Positions 1 to 11,137 of a DNA stretch of 64,000 nucleotides are shown here, piece after piece. The stretch is from contig JAWXAQ010000027.1 of assembly GCA_034439575.1 (NCBI GenBank), positions 192,001 through 256,000 on the forward strand, given 5' to 3'. A model generated the notes under the pieces. The model was given only the letters and a program-made list of their open reading frames with translations, ran no database searches and was not told where the DNA came from. This DNA comes from Leptospira sp. GTDB taxonomy: Bacteria; Spirochaetota; Leptospiria; Leptospirales; Leptospiraceae. Position 1 is the stretch's first letter; each line of letters starts with the position of its first letter. Position numbers and translations under genes: made by a program.

Positions 1-838
1 CTCTGACTTTATGCAAAACCATCTGATTGATCCCGAAACAGAAATCAGTGTCGCCTGCAATGCCGTTAGCGAAGACCAAGTGCATGGTTTGGGAATTGTA
101 AAAACGGGAGTGGGTGGATTTATCCAAGAATTTATAGAAAAACCGCAAGATATTTCCCAAGTAGAATCCTGCCGGCAACCCTCGGATTTGTTTTTAGCAA
201 ATATGGGGATTTATATTTTTAATACCCGCACTCTAGTCGAAGTCTTAGAAGATCCAACCATGACTGATTTTGGCAAGGAGATCCTGCCAAAAGCGATCAG
301 CGAAAAAAAAGTCAAAGCCTATGTATACGACGGTTATTGGGAAGATATAGGAACCATACGCGCCTTTTACGATGCCAATTTGATGCTAACAGATGATATC
401 CCTAAGTTCAATCTTTACCTAGAAAAAACTCCCTTTTATACGAGGGCACGTTCCTTGCCCCCCACTAAGATTAACAATGCGATTGTCAATAAAGCTCTGA
501 TTTCCGAAGGAACGATATTGAATCACTGCGAAATTCATCGTTCGGTGATCGGCGTTCGGCAATTTATTGACCATGGCACTAAAATTTATGATTCGGTTAT
601 TATGGGACTTGATAATTACGGTTCCTTTGATCGTAAATCAGGTAGAATTCCCAATGGGATCGGACCTGATTGCGAAATTCGAAATGCCATCGTGGATAAA
701 GACTGCGCCATCGGAACAGGTGTTAAGTTGCTGAACAAAAATCATTATTCAGAATATGAAGATGAGTTTGTGCGCATACGTGATGGCATCATTGTTGTGC
801 CAAGACATACGACAATACCTGATGGGTATGAAATTTAG
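1..838 (+). CDS. glgC: glucose-1-phosphate adenylyltransferase, 5'-truncated by window edge
   Basis: ADP-glucose pyrophosphorylase motifs FIEKP, ANMGIYIF, DFGKEILP, GYWEDIGT and a C-terminal beta-helix; the N-terminal part of the protein is missing. Confidence 0.93.
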   Translation, partial: SDFMQNHLIDPETEISVACNAVSEDQVHGLGIVKTGVGGFIQEFIEKPQDISQVESCRQPSDLFLANMGIYIFNTRTLVEVLEDPTMTDFGKEILPKAISEKKVKAYVYDGYWEDIGTIRAFYDANLMLTDDIPKFNLYLEKTPFYTRARSLPPTKINNAIVNKALISEGTILNHCEIHRSVIGVRQFIDHGTKIYDSVIMGLDNYGSFDRKSGRIPNGIGPDCEIRNAIVDKDCAIGTGVKLLNKNHYSEYEDEFVRIRDGIIVVPRHTTIPDGYEI

Positions 839-851
839 CATTGCACAAAAA

Positions 852-865
852 TGACATAAATGTCA
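852..865. promoter_or_regulatory. perfect inverted repeat TGACAT-AA-ATGTCA, possible operator upstream of the EAL gene
   Basis: 6-2-6 palindrome in the glgC-EAL intergenic region; no cognate regulator identified. Confidence 0.3.
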
Positions 866-956
866 CAAATTGATCCTTTTTTGACACTCAAAAACTAAAT
901 TTTCCTTGCCAACCCTCGTGATAACCCGAATCTATCCTTAAGAAATTAAGCGAACT

Positions 957-2195
957 ATGTTCATCACAGAAACAGAACAAGGAAATCAATTTTGGAATGA
1001 GAATCATTTTGTGCCTCATTTCCAACCGATCGTGAACGTGATCAATCGTTCGATTTCGGCATACGAAGTTTTAGGTAGGCAGTTCAATCCAGAAGAGAAT
1101 TCCTACCATTCCCTGGGCGGACTTTTTCATAGCCGAGAAAAAGATATGGTTCCGATCTACAACATTGACCGCATCCTCAGAGAAAAAGCGGTTCTCTCCC
1201 TCAAAGAATCCAATCTTCGCACAAAGCTATTTTTTAATATGATGCCGAATTTCCTTTCCCGAGTGCATCATACCGATTTATTTGCGGAAAATTTTCATAT
1301 CATTCAACTCATCGAAAAGTATGGAATCAATAGAAACCAAGTCGTAATTGAGATCACAGAAGACGAATTTGAAGGATCCATAGAAAGGTTGATCCAAATT
1401 GTCCAGATATTTCGTGATTATGGCTTAAAGATTGCCATTGATGATTTAGGAACTGGCTTTTCCAATTTGGAAAGGATAGGGTATTTGCACCCGGATATCA
1501 TGAAGGTTGATATCCAAATTATGCGTGAGAGTTTAAATAAAAACTCTTTCAAGCAAGTACTCGGTGCAATTTCTGAAATGTCCCAAAAATTGGGTTCGCA
1601 ATTATTATTTGAAGGAATTGAGACCGAGGAAGAAGTAAACCTGGCTCTTTCCATGGGTGCAAATCTTTTGCAGGGGTATTACTTTTCCACAGCTAATCCT
1701 CATTTTTTAAACCGAAATACATTTTCTGATAAAATGACTACAGTTCTTGAAAACTTTACCAAACAAAGATCTAAAGAACTTTACGAAAAAGGTTCCAGAG
1801 AGCAGGTAATTATTGACCATTTAAATGCGGTATTATCTGGCTTTGATGCCTCTTTGGAAGATGATTTTATCAGTCACTTCGGCACTATTCTCAAGACCTT
1901 ACCCAAAAACATTTTGAAGATCTTTGTCTGCGATAAGGACGGTTATCAAATCACACCCACATATGATTTGGACCGGATGTCTGGTGGGTACCATGAAAAA
2001 AGAAACCAAATTGGGAATAATTATTCTTGGAAACCCTATTTCTTGAAGCATAAAGCTGAATCCCTTAGGTTTCATAAAAAATGGGGTGTGACCTATCCTC
2101 TTTATGATATCCGAAACCAAAACCAATATGTTATTTTTACTTTTTCCCTATCCGACGATCGTGTACTGATTGCACAAGTCGACTGGACAGATTAG
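957..2195 (+). CDS. EAL-domain c-di-GMP phosphodiesterase with a C-terminal YkuI-like associated domain
   Basis: FQPI, YEVLGR, IEITE, AIDDLGTGFSNL, MKVD, EGIE and QGYY motifs; C-terminal GYQITP...NYSWKPYF segment resembles YkuI_C. Confidence 0.88.
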   Translation: MFITETEQGNQFWNENHFVPHFQPIVNVINRSISAYEVLGRQFNPEENSYHSLGGLFHSREKDMVPIYNIDRILREKAVLSLKESNLRTKLFFNMMPNFLSRVHHTDLFAENFHIIQLIEKYGINRNQVVIEITEDEFEGSIERLIQIVQIFRDYGLKIAIDDLGTGFSNLERIGYLHPDIMKVDIQIMRESLNKNSFKQVLGAISEMSQKLGSQLLFEGIETEEEVNLALSMGANLLQGYYFSTANPHFLNRNTFSDKMTTVLENFTKQRSKELYEKGSREQVIIDHLNAVLSGFDASLEDDFISHFGTILKTLPKNILKIFVCDKDGYQITPTYDLDRMSGGYHEKRNQIGNNYSWKPYFLKHKAESLRFHKKWGVTYPLYDIRNQNQYVIFTFSLSDDRVLIAQVDWTD

Positions 2196-2289
2196 GAATC
2201 ATTTGTTTTTTTAAGAGGTTCGTATTTCCTGGTAGTAGGGAATCGTCTATATATAGAATCATTCTAAATATAGGTAAAGGATAACGAAT

Positions 2290-3042
2290 TTGGCCACTTT
2301 TCTGGAAATCCGTGACTTACATGCCAGCGTTGGCGAAAAAGAAATTCTCAAAGGTGTCAATCTAAGCATTGGGCCTGGGGAAGTTCATGCCATTATGGGA
2401 CCGAATGGTTCGGGCAAAAGTACTCTTTCAAATATTATACTGGGACATCCCAAATACACTGTCACCTCTGGTGATATTAAATTCAAAGGTGAATCTATAT
2501 TGCCTCTTCCTACAGACGAAAGGGCAAGGCTAGGTATATTTTTATCTTTTCAGTATCCGACCGCCTTACCTGGCGTTACTATTGGTAATTTTTTAAAATC
2601 CATACTCAAAGCCCATAGAGGAAAAGACACACCTGTTAAAGAGTTTAAAGCAGAATTGAAATCCGCAATGTCATTGTTAGATGTTCCGGATTCGTTTATA
2701 GCTCGTTATGTGAATGATGGGTTCTCTGGTGGCGAAAAGAAAAAAGCAGAAATTTTACAATTAAGTTTATTAAAGCCCATTCTTTCCATTTTGGATGAAA
2801 CAGATTCTGGTCTGGATATCGATGCTTTGCGTATTGTTTCTGAAGGCATCACTGCTAACAGATCAAAAGATAGATCCATTTTACTGATCACGCATTACCA
2901 GCGTATGTTGAATTATGTGATACCAGATTTTATCCACGTCTTTGCTGACGGTAGGATATTAGAAACTGGTGGAAAAGAGTTATCTTTAAAACTCGAAGAA
3001 CAAGGTTATGATTGGATTTTAGAAAAGGCAGGTATGAAATAA
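2290..3042 (+). CDS. sufC: Fe-S cluster assembly ABC ATPase SufC
   Basis: Walker [44 protein letters not shown] start after AAGGA. Confidence 0.96.
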   Translation: MATFLEIRDLHASVGEKEILKGVNLSIGPGEVHAIMGPNGSGKSTLSNIILGHPKYTVTSGDIKFKGESILPLPTDERARLGIFLSFQYPTALPGVTIGNFLKSILKAHRGKDTPVKEFKAELKSAMSLLDVPDSFIARYVNDGFSGGEKKKAEILQLSLLKPILSILDETDSGLDIDALRIVSEGITANRSKDRSILLITHYQRMLNYVIPDFIHVFADGRILETGGKELSLKLEEQGYDWILEKAGMK

Positions 3043-4227
3043 TTGGGATTACCTGTTTTACAATCGGAATTGAAAAATAATTTGATTCCCAGTGAAATAA
3101 TCATAGAATTTAAGAAAGATGTACTTGTTCATTTTGAAAAATTAAAATATCCATTGAGTTCTGATGAGTCATGGAGAAAGTTTCCTCTTCACCAATTTGA
3201 TTTTGCTGAACTAAAAAATCAAAATCCGACACAATCTCTAGTTCCAAATTCAAATTTTAAAACCTCTAACCATGAACCTTTAGAACTAAAAGGTATAAAA
3301 TTAAAACTTGAGACACTTCTGGGAATTGTGCGAGAAAATTATTTTGCCCTTTATACTTTGTTACATGCTGAAAATTATTATTTTTATACACTGCAATCTA
3401 TTTCAGAGTCGAATCCTTTAAATGAATTTGAATGGGCCTTAGATCAAAAATCAAATGGATTCAATGTTTTTTTGGTTTCAGTTCCAGAAGGAGTGCAAGG
3501 CAAAATCAAAGAGACGTATCATTCTAAAATCGAAGGTGACTCAATCCATTTATTTGGAAACCTTTCCCATTATTTTTTAGAGGACAATGCACATCTAGAT
3601 GTGTTAATCGAAGAAGAATATGATGAAAATCTATACAATTTTCGCTTTGTAAGTTCTACCCAAAGTAGGGATTCAAACTTAAATATATATTCCTTTCCGA
3701 TTAGGGGTTTTCGTAGTAAAACATTTTATACTCCCTATTTGGATGGTAAAGGTTCAAATTTCCTCCTAACTGGCGTTAGTTCTTTATCTGGAAGATCAAT
3801 ACTTGATATAGATGCAAAAGTAACTCATCTGGGTGACAATACACAAAGTAAAATTTCCTATAAATCTATAGTTTCTGGTCGTTCGCATCATATCTTTACT
3901 GGAAATCTTTTTATACCTTCCAGTGTGAAAAAAGTAAGTGCGCACCAAGAGTCCCATAACCTATCCTTAAGTAAAAAAGCTCGTGCTGAGGCCAATCCCA
4001 AACTTGAAGTATTGGCAGAAGATGTTTCATGTACACACGGGGCTACTGTTGGCGACATTGACGAAGAACAGTTGTTTTATCTTTTGACTCGCGGATTGAC
4101 ATTGGATGAATCAAAATCTCTACTCGTTTCTGCATTTTTTAAAGAAATAGTAGAAGCTATTCCATTTGCGATAGAAATTAAAGAAAATATTTCCGATAAG
4201 ATCGGAAAATCCTTACTCGGTAATTAA
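3043..4227 (+). CDS. sufD: Fe-S cluster assembly protein SufD
   Basis: ESWRKF near the N-terminus; C-terminal PKLEVLAEDVSCTHGATVGDIDEEQLFYLLTRGL; directly follows sufC. Confidence 0.88.
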   Translation: MGLPVLQSELKNNLIPSEIIIEFKKDVLVHFEKLKYPLSSDESWRKFPLHQFDFAELKNQNPTQSLVPNSNFKTSNHEPLELKGIKLKLETLLGIVRENYFALYTLLHAENYYFYTLQSISESNPLNEFEWALDQKSNGFNVFLVSVPEGVQGKIKETYHSKIEGDSIHLFGNLSHYFLEDNAHLDVLIEEEYDENLYNFRFVSSTQSRDSNLNIYSFPIRGFRSKTFYTPYLDGKGSNFLLTGVSSLSGRSILDIDAKVTHLGDNTQSKISYKSIVSGRSHHIFTGNLFIPSSVKKVSAHQESHNLSLSKKARAEANPKLEVLAEDVSCTHGATVGDIDEEQLFYLLTRGLTLDESKSLLVSAFFKEIVEAIPFAIEIKENISDKIGKSLLGN

Positions 4228-4228
4228 A

Positions 4229-4540
4229 ATGGCCTTCACTAAATTAACAAAAATCAACCTAGTTCTTGAAGGTAAAATTTTAGTTATCAAAACAAAATAT
4301 TGTAATGTCGCCTTAACTAAATTAAACGGTGATATACTTGCCTTCGAAGATGTTTGTACTCACGATGGCGAAATTATTTCTTGCGGGAAATTAGAAGGCG
4401 AAATCATAACATGTCCTAGACATTTTGCAAAATTTAATATTATCACTGGATCGGTTGTGGCAAAACCCGCAACAGAACCTTTGGCGGTTTTTAAAGTAAA
4501 TGTGAATGGTGATGATGTCGAAGTGGATTTGGAGAATTAA
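4229..4540 (+). CDS. Rieske [2Fe-2S] ferredoxin
   Basis: CTH...CPRH Rieske ligand motifs; lies within the suf operon. Confidence 0.9.
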   Translation: MAFTKLTKINLVLEGKILVIKTKYCNVALTKLNGDILAFEDVCTHDGEIISCGKLEGEIITCPRHFAKFNIITGSVVAKPATEPLAVFKVNVNGDDVEVDLEN

Positions 4541-4542
4541 TC

Positions 4543-5787
4543 ATGCCATTTGACGTTTACCAATTGCGCAGAGACTTCCCCATCTTAGATATTAAAAATC
4601 CAAATGGAAAACCTCTTGTTTATTTGGATAATGCAGCGAGTTCCCAAAAACCAAATTCTGTAATTTTAGCAACAAACAAATATTATTCGGAAGAGAATGC
4701 GAATATTCACAGAGGAGTTTATCACCTCTCTCAACATGCGACAGAACAATTCGAAAAAACAAGAATCAAAACATCAAACTTTTTTCATGCGCAATGTGCA
4801 AAGGCTATCATCTTCACGCGAGGGACAACGGATGCTATTAATCTAGTCGCACAGTCATGGGGAAGAACTAACGTAGGTGAGGGGGACGAAATTGTGCTTT
4901 CAGTCCAAGAACATCACTCAAATTTAGTTCCTTGGCAAATGTTGGCTTTAGAAAAAAAAGCACGCCTGAAATTTATTCCTATACTTCCTGATTCCACTTA
5001 CGACTTACGAAATCTAAACGAAATTATCACACGCAAAACAAAAATAATTGCTATCTCTCAAATGTCAAATGTGACTGGAACTATCCATGATCTCTCACCT
5101 ATCATCGAACGTGCAAGGCAAGTCGGTGCTAAAATTCTTGTGGATGGTGCTCAGTCCGCATCTCACTTAAAAATTGATCTAGTGGGGATGGATGTAGATT
5201 TTTTTGCTTTTTCTGCGCATAAGATGCTCGGGCCTACTGGAGTAGGTGTATTATTTGGCAAAGAAGAAATACTGGAAGAAATGCCACCTTGGTTAGGTGG
5301 TGGTGATATGATTGAAAGTGTAGAACTTGAAACTTCTACGTATGCAAATTTACCAGCTAAGTTAGAGGCAGGAACGCCGAATATTGCGGGAGTGATTGGT
5401 TTTTCTGCGGCTTTGGATTATTTGACCAAGGTCGGAATGCAAAATATTCACGAACACGAATTAGAAATAACTTCTTATGCATTAGAAAAATTAAATTCCC
5501 TGGGTGGTGTTACCATTTACGGAACAGAAGATTTGGCAAAACGGGGAGGGGTCGTATCTTTTACCTTAGATGGTGTTCATCCACATGACGTAGGTTCCAT
5601 GCTTGATGAGGAAGGTGTCGCCATTCGCGTTGGCCATCACTGCTGTCAGCCTCTCATGAAACAATGGTCAATTCCTGGAACTTGCCGTGCTTCCTTCTAT
5701 CTGTACACAACGAAAGAAGAGATAGATGCATTGGTATTTGGATTGGAGAAAGTTAAATCCATTTTCTCTCGTGTCGCAAAAAAGTAA
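4543..5787 (+). CDS. sufS: cysteine desulfurase SufS
   Basis: [24 protein letters not shown] (PLP Lys), RVGHHC (group II catalytic Cys). Confidence 0.95.
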   Translation: MPFDVYQLRRDFPILDIKNPNGKPLVYLDNAASSQKPNSVILATNKYYSEENANIHRGVYHLSQHATEQFEKTRIKTSNFFHAQCAKAIIFTRGTTDAINLVAQSWGRTNVGEGDEIVLSVQEHHSNLVPWQMLALEKKARLKFIPILPDSTYDLRNLNEIITRKTKIIAISQMSNVTGTIHDLSPIIERARQVGAKILVDGAQSASHLKIDLVGMDVDFFAFSAHKMLGPTGVGVLFGKEEILEEMPPWLGGGDMIESVELETSTYANLPAKLEAGTPNIAGVIGFSAALDYLTKVGMQNIHEHELEITSYALEKLNSLGGVTIYGTEDLAKRGGVVSFTLDGVHPHDVGSMLDEEGVAIRVGHHCCQPLMKQWSIPGTCRASFYLYTTKEEIDALVFGLEKVKSIFSRVAKK

Positions 5788-6190
5788 GGAACAAATAGAA
5801 AAGTTCCTTTATTGGAAGGAACTTGGAAACTGGGAAACATCTCCGAGTGAAAAACAAATTGTTTCACTCAAAAATCCACTTTGTGGTGATGAAATTCATC
5901 TAGCATTAAACCAAACAGACGAGGGGATACAAATTGTATCTTTGAACGGTGAAGCCTGCAGTGTTTGTTTGGCAGCGGCGGGTTTACTTTATTCGAAGAA
6001 ACATAAGTGGAAAGAAGATAGTCTAATATTATATGAAAATCAAATCAAAAACTACCTAGATGGCAAAAATGAATTGATGACCTTTCCACTTGACGAAGTA
6101 GAATTTTGGGAGATTATGAAATTGCACCCAGGTCGACATCGATGTGCTTTTTTACCGCTACTTGCTTTAAAAAAAAGTTTACAGGAGTAA
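5771..6190 (+). CDS. SufU/NifU-N family sulfur-transfer or scaffold protein
   Basis: [15 protein letters not shown] and RHRCAFLP give the three conserved Cys plus Asp; start placed at GTG 5771 overlapping the sufS end (ORF open from 5726). Confidence 0.75.
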   Translation: MSQKSKEQIEKFLYWKELGNWETSPSEKQIVSLKNPLCGDEIHLALNQTDEGIQIVSLNGEACSVCLAAAGLLYSKKHKWKEDSLILYENQIKNYLDGKNELMTFPLDEVEFWEIMKLHPGRHRCAFLPLLALKKSLQE

Positions 6191-6193
6191 ACA

Positions 6194-6517
6194 ATGTTAT
6201 CCGAACCAGAAACAGAAAAAGAATGGGAAGTTTATCATAGCATTCGTTCCGTGGACGACCCAGAGATTGGTATTTCTCTCGTAGAACTTGGGTTAATATA
6301 TGAAGTTAAAGTGGAAAATGATAAAGCTTTAATTAAAATGACTTATACTTCACTAGCATGTCCATCTGGACCTGAGATGAAAAAAGATATCGAAAATCAT
6401 GCTTTGCGAGTAGAGGGAATCAACGAAGCAATCGTGGATATTGTTTGGAATCCAAAATGGGATCCAAGAGAAATGGCAAGCGATGAGGCGAAAATGGAAA
6501 TGGGGATTTTTGATTGA
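6194..6517 (+). CDS. DUF59/SufT metal-sulfur cluster assembly factor
   Basis: [21 protein letters not shown] and WNPKW motifs. Confidence 0.9.
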   Translation: MLSEPETEKEWEVYHSIRSVDDPEIGISLVELGLIYEVKVENDKALIKMTYTSLACPSGPEMKKDIENHALRVEGINEAIVDIVWNPKWDPREMASDEAKMEMGIFD

Positions 6518-8289
6518 ATCAAAATAATTTAAGATTATTCTCAATTAGATTATCGCTCATCCTTTTAAGTTTTATCTTCCTTTTTGTTTCCTGTGGTCAA
6601 ATCCATTTTTTAAAACCACAAAAAGAGGAAACAAATTCAAATTCTATACTTCAAATTGAAGGTTCCGCAGAGAAAAGATCACGCTACGAATTTACAGGAA
6701 AAGAAATTGTTATCGCTACAGATCATCCATTGGCATCACAAGCAGGTATCAACATTTGGAAAAAAGGTGGTAATGTAGTAGATGTTTTTGTTGCGGCGAG
6801 TTTTGCTATTTCCGTTTTACGACCACACTCGACTGGATTGTTAGGAGGCGGTTTTGCTGTAATTAATATTGATGAAGGAAAAACACGAAAAGCTTTTGAT
6901 TTCAGAGAAAGGGCTTCCGAAAAAGTAAACGCAAAACTTTATGTGGATGAAAAGGGAGTCCCGATTAAAGATAAAACGATCCATGGACCCTTTAGTGCAG
7001 GTGTTCCTGGTATGATTCCAGGGCTTTTATATATTCATAAGAAATATGGTAAATTGAGTTTAGCGGATGTCACTGAACCTGCGTTAGATATTTGTTCTAA
7101 AGGGTTTTCTGTATATTCAGATTTAGCAAAGAGCATTGAATCAAATTGGAATTATATGAATCCAGAAATGATTCAAATTTTTGGTAAAGAAGGAAGACCA
7201 CTTCGGACTGGTGAAATTTTAATCCAAAATGATGTATCCCAATTATTAAAAAGAATGGTTCAAAATGGGGAAGCTGAGATTCGAACGGGTGAAAGTGCCG
7301 TAAGAATCGCAGAATATTATTCTAAGTATGATCAATTTATTTCACTTGAAGATTTAAAAAAATATAAGGTGAAGGAATCGGAACCGATTCAAGGTGTAGC
7401 ATTTGGTAAAAAAGTAATCACCATGCCTCCACCATCTTCTGGAGTTCATTTAATCACCATTATGCGAGTTTTAAAAGAATTAATGGACAAAAAAAGTTTT
7501 CCTGAAGGGCAAGTTGGCGAAATTATGCGTTTAACGGAGAGTATGCGCGTGGGTTTTAGAGATAGAGCCAAATTGGGAGGGGATCCGGAGTTCACAAAAA
7601 TCGATGTAAACAATCTTTTATCCATTCCCTATGCGAAAGATGAAGCGGAAGAAATTGAAAGAAAAGTAGTATCTGGTGCATGGACATATAACGACTCAAA
7701 TTTAAAAAAAGAATCATATAACACTACACATATTTCGGTCATGGATTTTTTAGGGAATGGAGTTTCGTCGACTCAGTCTATTAACGGCAGTTTGGGGGCA
7801 AAAATTGTGGTTCCTGGAACTGGGCTTATCTTAAATAATACGATGGATGACTTCGCTGTCGCTCCCGGAATTCCGAATATTTACGGTTTAGTTGGGTCAG
7901 AAGCCAATTCTATACAAGCGGGCAAAACACCTTTATCGAGTATGTCACCTATGATTTTTTTAGATGAATTTGGCAAAAGTGAAATCATAATCGGTGCCCC
8001 CGGCGGTTCACAAATTCCCACTACTATTTTAAATACATTATATTATTATAAAGTGAAAGGATTATCACTTTATGAAAGTGCATCTTATCCAAGGTTACAC
8101 CACCAATTTATGCCAGATGTATTATTTGTTGAACCAGAAGCAAAACCTACGTTTCCTGAATCTACATTGACCTTTTATAAAGTCCAATATATGAGACATA
8201 GAGCAAAAGTGTTTGTTGTCGCACGGGAAGGAAAGGATCTGATTGGAGTCTCTGATCCGCGGGGTGAAGGAATCCCTTTAGGTTATTAA
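6514..8289 (+). CDS. ggt: gamma-glutamyltransferase, probable lipoprotein
   Basis: GGNVVD, FDFRE, PPPSSG, autocleavage [34 protein letters not shown] lipobox; TTG start overlaps the upstream stop (TTGA). Confidence 0.93.
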   Translation: MNQNNLRLFSIRLSLILLSFIFLFVSCGQIHFLKPQKEETNSNSILQIEGSAEKRSRYEFTGKEIVIATDHPLASQAGINIWKKGGNVVDVFVAASFAISVLRPHSTGLLGGGFAVINIDEGKTRKAFDFRERASEKVNAKLYVDEKGVPIKDKTIHGPFSAGVPGMIPGLLYIHKKYGKLSLADVTEPALDICSKGFSVYSDLAKSIESNWNYMNPEMIQIFGKEGRPLRTGEILIQNDVSQLLKRMVQNGEAEIRTGESAVRIAEYYSKYDQFISLEDLKKYKVKESEPIQGVAFGKKVITMPPPSSGVHLITIMRVLKELMDKKSFPEGQVGEIMRLTESMRVGFRDRAKLGGDPEFTKIDVNNLLSIPYAKDEAEEIERKVVSGAWTYNDSNLKKESYNTTHISVMDFLGNGVSSTQSINGSLGAKIVVPGTGLILNNTMDDFAVAPGIPNIYGLVGSEANSIQAGKTPLSSMSPMIFLDEFGKSEIIIGAPGGSQIPTTILNTLYYYKVKGLSLYESASYPRLHHQFMPDVLFVEPEAKPTFPESTLTFYKVQYMRHRAKVFVVAREGKDLIGVSDPRGEGIPLGY

Positions 8290-8293
8290 AATA

Positions 8294-9889
8294 ATGAAAT
8301 TACTCGCAAAAAATTATAAACAAACGGCAAAGAGTCTACTTACAAAAGATCGGGTTAATTGTTTACTTTCCGCAAAACACGGATTAGAGAGAGAAGCCTT
8401 GCGTATAGATTCAAAAGGCATGCTATCAAAAAATGATCATCCACAATCTCTCGGTTCAAGCTTAACCCATCCCTTTATTAAAACTGATTTTGCTGAACCG
8501 CAAATTGAGTATGCAACTAATCCTCATAAAAATATGGAAGATACTTTAAATGAATTATTGAATCTTCATTCTTTTACATTCAAAAAACTAGAAGGTGAAA
8601 CATTATGGCCTTTTAGTATGCCAAGTCCATTGCCAATTGAGGAGAAAATTCCCGTAGGTAAATATGGCACGAGTAAAGAGGGCCGTAAAAAAACAATTTA
8701 TCGTAAAGGCCTCGGGCATAGGTATGGAAAAAATATGCAAACCATCTCTGGTGTGCATTATAATATGTCTTTCGACAAATGTTTGTTATCGACTGTATCT
8801 GAAATCAGATATAAAAAACCCCTAGAAAAATTTTCTCAATCTGAAATCTATTTTGATACCATTCGAAATTTTAATCGAATTTCACCAGTTCTCATGTATC
8901 TCTTTGGTGCATCTAGTATCATTGATGAATCTTTTATTGAGAATCATTCTGGATTAAAAGGATATGGAAAAAAAACATTAAATGCTCCCTATGCTACAAC
9001 ATTGAGATTATCTAATATAGGGTATACAAGCAAAGTTCAAGCTAAGGTTCCTATCTCTGTCAATTCACTGAAAGAGTATTCCTATTCCATGTGTGCGGCT
9101 GTTTCTAAACCTTATTCGGAATATAAAAAATACAATTTAAAGGCCGAAGAGCAACTAAATGATCATTATTTACAAATTGAGAACGAATATTATTCCTTAG
9201 TGCGTCCCAAACAAGTTCCTGAGGGTGAAGAAAGAGTGATCGATGCACTTACTGAAAGAGGTGTTGAATATTTGGAAATTAGGCTATTGGATGTTAACCC
9301 TTTTTCACCTATTGGTGTGGATGAAACCCAATTGAGATTTGTACATTTGTTTTTAATCTATTGTTTATTAGCAGAATCACCAAAGGCAGATAAGGTGGAG
9401 ATGTCAATTTGGCGAAAAAATCAAGAAAAAATGACCTGGTTAGGTAGAAATTCCAGAACAAAAATGACTGTATTTGGGAAAGATTGGTCTGTTTCAGATC
9501 TTGTACATCAGATACTTGTCGAATTACAACCGATAGCTGATCTTTTGGATGGAAATGATGCAGAAAATGGGAAATATACAAAAGCATGGGATGCACAATG
9601 GGAAAAGTGGAATGACCCAAGTTTACTTGGATCGACTCAATCTGAGATTGATTTAATGATTAATAAAATGTCTTTTCATGAATTTGGCTTAAACTTAAGT
9701 AAAAGCCATTCTAAATATTTGAAAGATTTACAATTGTCTCCGAAAATAATGTCATATTATGAGAGTTTGGCGACAAAGTCTCTTCTAGATCAGAAAACAT
9801 TGGAATCAAATGAAGGTTCAAATATTAAAAAGAACCAAAAACCTATCATTTTAGATCCCATAAAATTATGTGCGGAACAGGTATCGTGA
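8294..9889 (+). CDS. gshA: glutamate--cysteine ligase
   Basis: GLEREALR, TDFAEPQIE, WPFSMP, QTISGVHYNMS, LQIENEYYSLVRPK, GVEYLEIRLLD. Confidence 0.93.
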   Translation: MKLLAKNYKQTAKSLLTKDRVNCLLSAKHGLEREALRIDSKGMLSKNDHPQSLGSSLTHPFIKTDFAEPQIEYATNPHKNMEDTLNELLNLHSFTFKKLEGETLWPFSMPSPLPIEEKIPVGKYGTSKEGRKKTIYRKGLGHRYGKNMQTISGVHYNMSFDKCLLSTVSEIRYKKPLEKFSQSEIYFDTIRNFNRISPVLMYLFGASSIIDESFIENHSGLKGYGKKTLNAPYATTLRLSNIGYTSKVQAKVPISVNSLKEYSYSMCAAVSKPYSEYKKYNLKAEEQLNDHYLQIENEYYSLVRPKQVPEGEERVIDALTERGVEYLEIRLLDVNPFSPIGVDETQLRFVHLFLIYCLLAESPKADKVEMSIWRKNQEKMTWLGRNSRTKMTVFGKDWSVSDLVHQILVELQPIADLLDGNDAENGKYTKAWDAQWEKWNDPSLLGSTQSEIDLMINKMSFHEFGLNLSKSHSKYLKDLQLSPKIMSYYESLATKSLLDQKTLESNEGSNIKKNQKPIILDPIKLCAEQVS

Positions 9890-10890
9890 ACCAATTTGAC
9901 CTCCCCAAAGGATGGGAAGATTTCGAAATTTCCACTCAAATCATCGTAAGGGAAGCACTGAAAAGTGGCATTGATATCGAGATCATTGATCGTAAAGAAA
10001 ACTTTTTAAGATTAAAGAATGGTGGCCATACGGAATTTATCAAAGAGGCCAGTAAAACTCGTTTGGATAGTCTTATGACATATCTTGTCATGGAAAATAA
10101 AATAGCATCCAAACTTGTGTTAAGTGAAAATGGCATTCGTGTACCAATTGGCAATCATTATGATAGTTTAGAATCTGCTCTCTCTGATTATAAAAAATAT
10201 CATGATATAAAAAAAGTGATAAAGCCTGCCACGACCAATTTCGGTCTCGGGATTGGAATTTCTGGAATCGGTGATTCCATTCAAAATTATAAATCATTTC
10301 TTGAGATCGCTTTTTCTTATTCGCCATCAGTGATAGTGGAAGAATTTATTGAAGGGCCTGAATACCGTTTTTTGGTATTAGGTGATGAAGTTGTCGCTGT
10401 ATGTAATCGAGTTCCTGCGAATGTGGTCGGAGACGGGACTTCAAGGATCAGGACTTTAGTTGAGGTAAAGAATAATGATCCGAGAAGAGGTGAAGGTCAT
10501 AAAACTCCTTTGGAAAAAATTCAACTAACTCAAGTGGAGTCAAAGGTGTTAGCTGAAGTAGGATATGATTTTGATTCTATACCTAAATTAAATGAAATTG
10601 TATATCTCAGGAAAAATTCTAATATTTCCACGGGCGGAGATTCTTTGGATAAAACGGATGAAGTGCATCCTGAATTTAAAGAAATAGCTTTAATGAGCGC
10701 GAAAGCTGCGGGTGCAAAAATTTGTGGAATCGATATCATTTCATCTGAAATCAGTGCAAAACCAGATCCAAAGACTTATGCCATATTAGAAATCAACTTT
10801 AATCCAGTGTTGTACATTCATGAATTTCCCTACCAAGGCAAGCCTCGATCAGTAGGTCGGAAAATTTTGAATCTGCTCGGTTTTGATTAA
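9886..10890 (+). CDS. ATP-grasp protein matching the glutathione-synthetase half of bifunctional GshF/GshAB
   Basis: GWEDFEISTQ, VIKPATTNFGLGI, EYRFLV, RVPANVVGDG, NSNISTGGDS, CGIDII, ILEINFNP; GTG start at 9886 overlaps the gshA stop (ORF track gives ATG 9868). Confidence 0.85.
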   Translation: MNQFDLPKGWEDFEISTQIIVREALKSGIDIEIIDRKENFLRLKNGGHTEFIKEASKTRLDSLMTYLVMENKIASKLVLSENGIRVPIGNHYDSLESALSDYKKYHDIKKVIKPATTNFGLGIGISGIGDSIQNYKSFLEIAFSYSPSVIVEEFIEGPEYRFLVLGDEVVAVCNRVPANVVGDGTSRIRTLVEVKNNDPRRGEGHKTPLEKIQLTQVESKVLAEVGYDFDSIPKLNEIVYLRKNSNISTGGDSLDKTDEVHPEFKEIALMSAKAAGAKICGIDIISSEISAKPDPKTYAILEINFNPVLYIHEFPYQGKPRSVGRKILNLLGFD

Positions 10891-11129
10891 TTATACTTTT
10901 TCTTTATATACTGTATAATATCCTCAGATTCATACATCTTTACATTTCCATCTACGAGAAAAGGCACCTGAGATATACCACCTAACTGAACCACTTCTTC
11001 GCGTCCGGGTGTTCCCCCGGATGCGTTGATTAGATCATAGTCTTTACCGGATTTTAATCCCAATGTTTCCATAACACGCAATACACGTTGGCAATAGGGA
11101 CAACTTGAATATTGGTATAATTTTAACAT
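10887..11129 (-). CDS. dithiol glutaredoxin / GST N-terminal-domain protein
   Basis: CPYC active site, QVPFL and YESEDII. Confidence 0.85.
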   Translation of the reverse strand: MLKLYQYSSCPYCQRVLRVMETLGLKSGKDYDLINASGGTPGREEVVQLGGISQVPFLVDGNVKMYESEDIIQYIKKKYN

Positions 11130-11137
11130 AAAAATTT

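Noticed and set aside
9820-9889. programmed -1 frameshift fusing gshA to the ATP-grasp ORF
   Set aside because: no X_XXY_YYZ heptamer in the open overlap (T_AAA_AAG would slip onto TAA); the GTGA overlap explains coupling more simply
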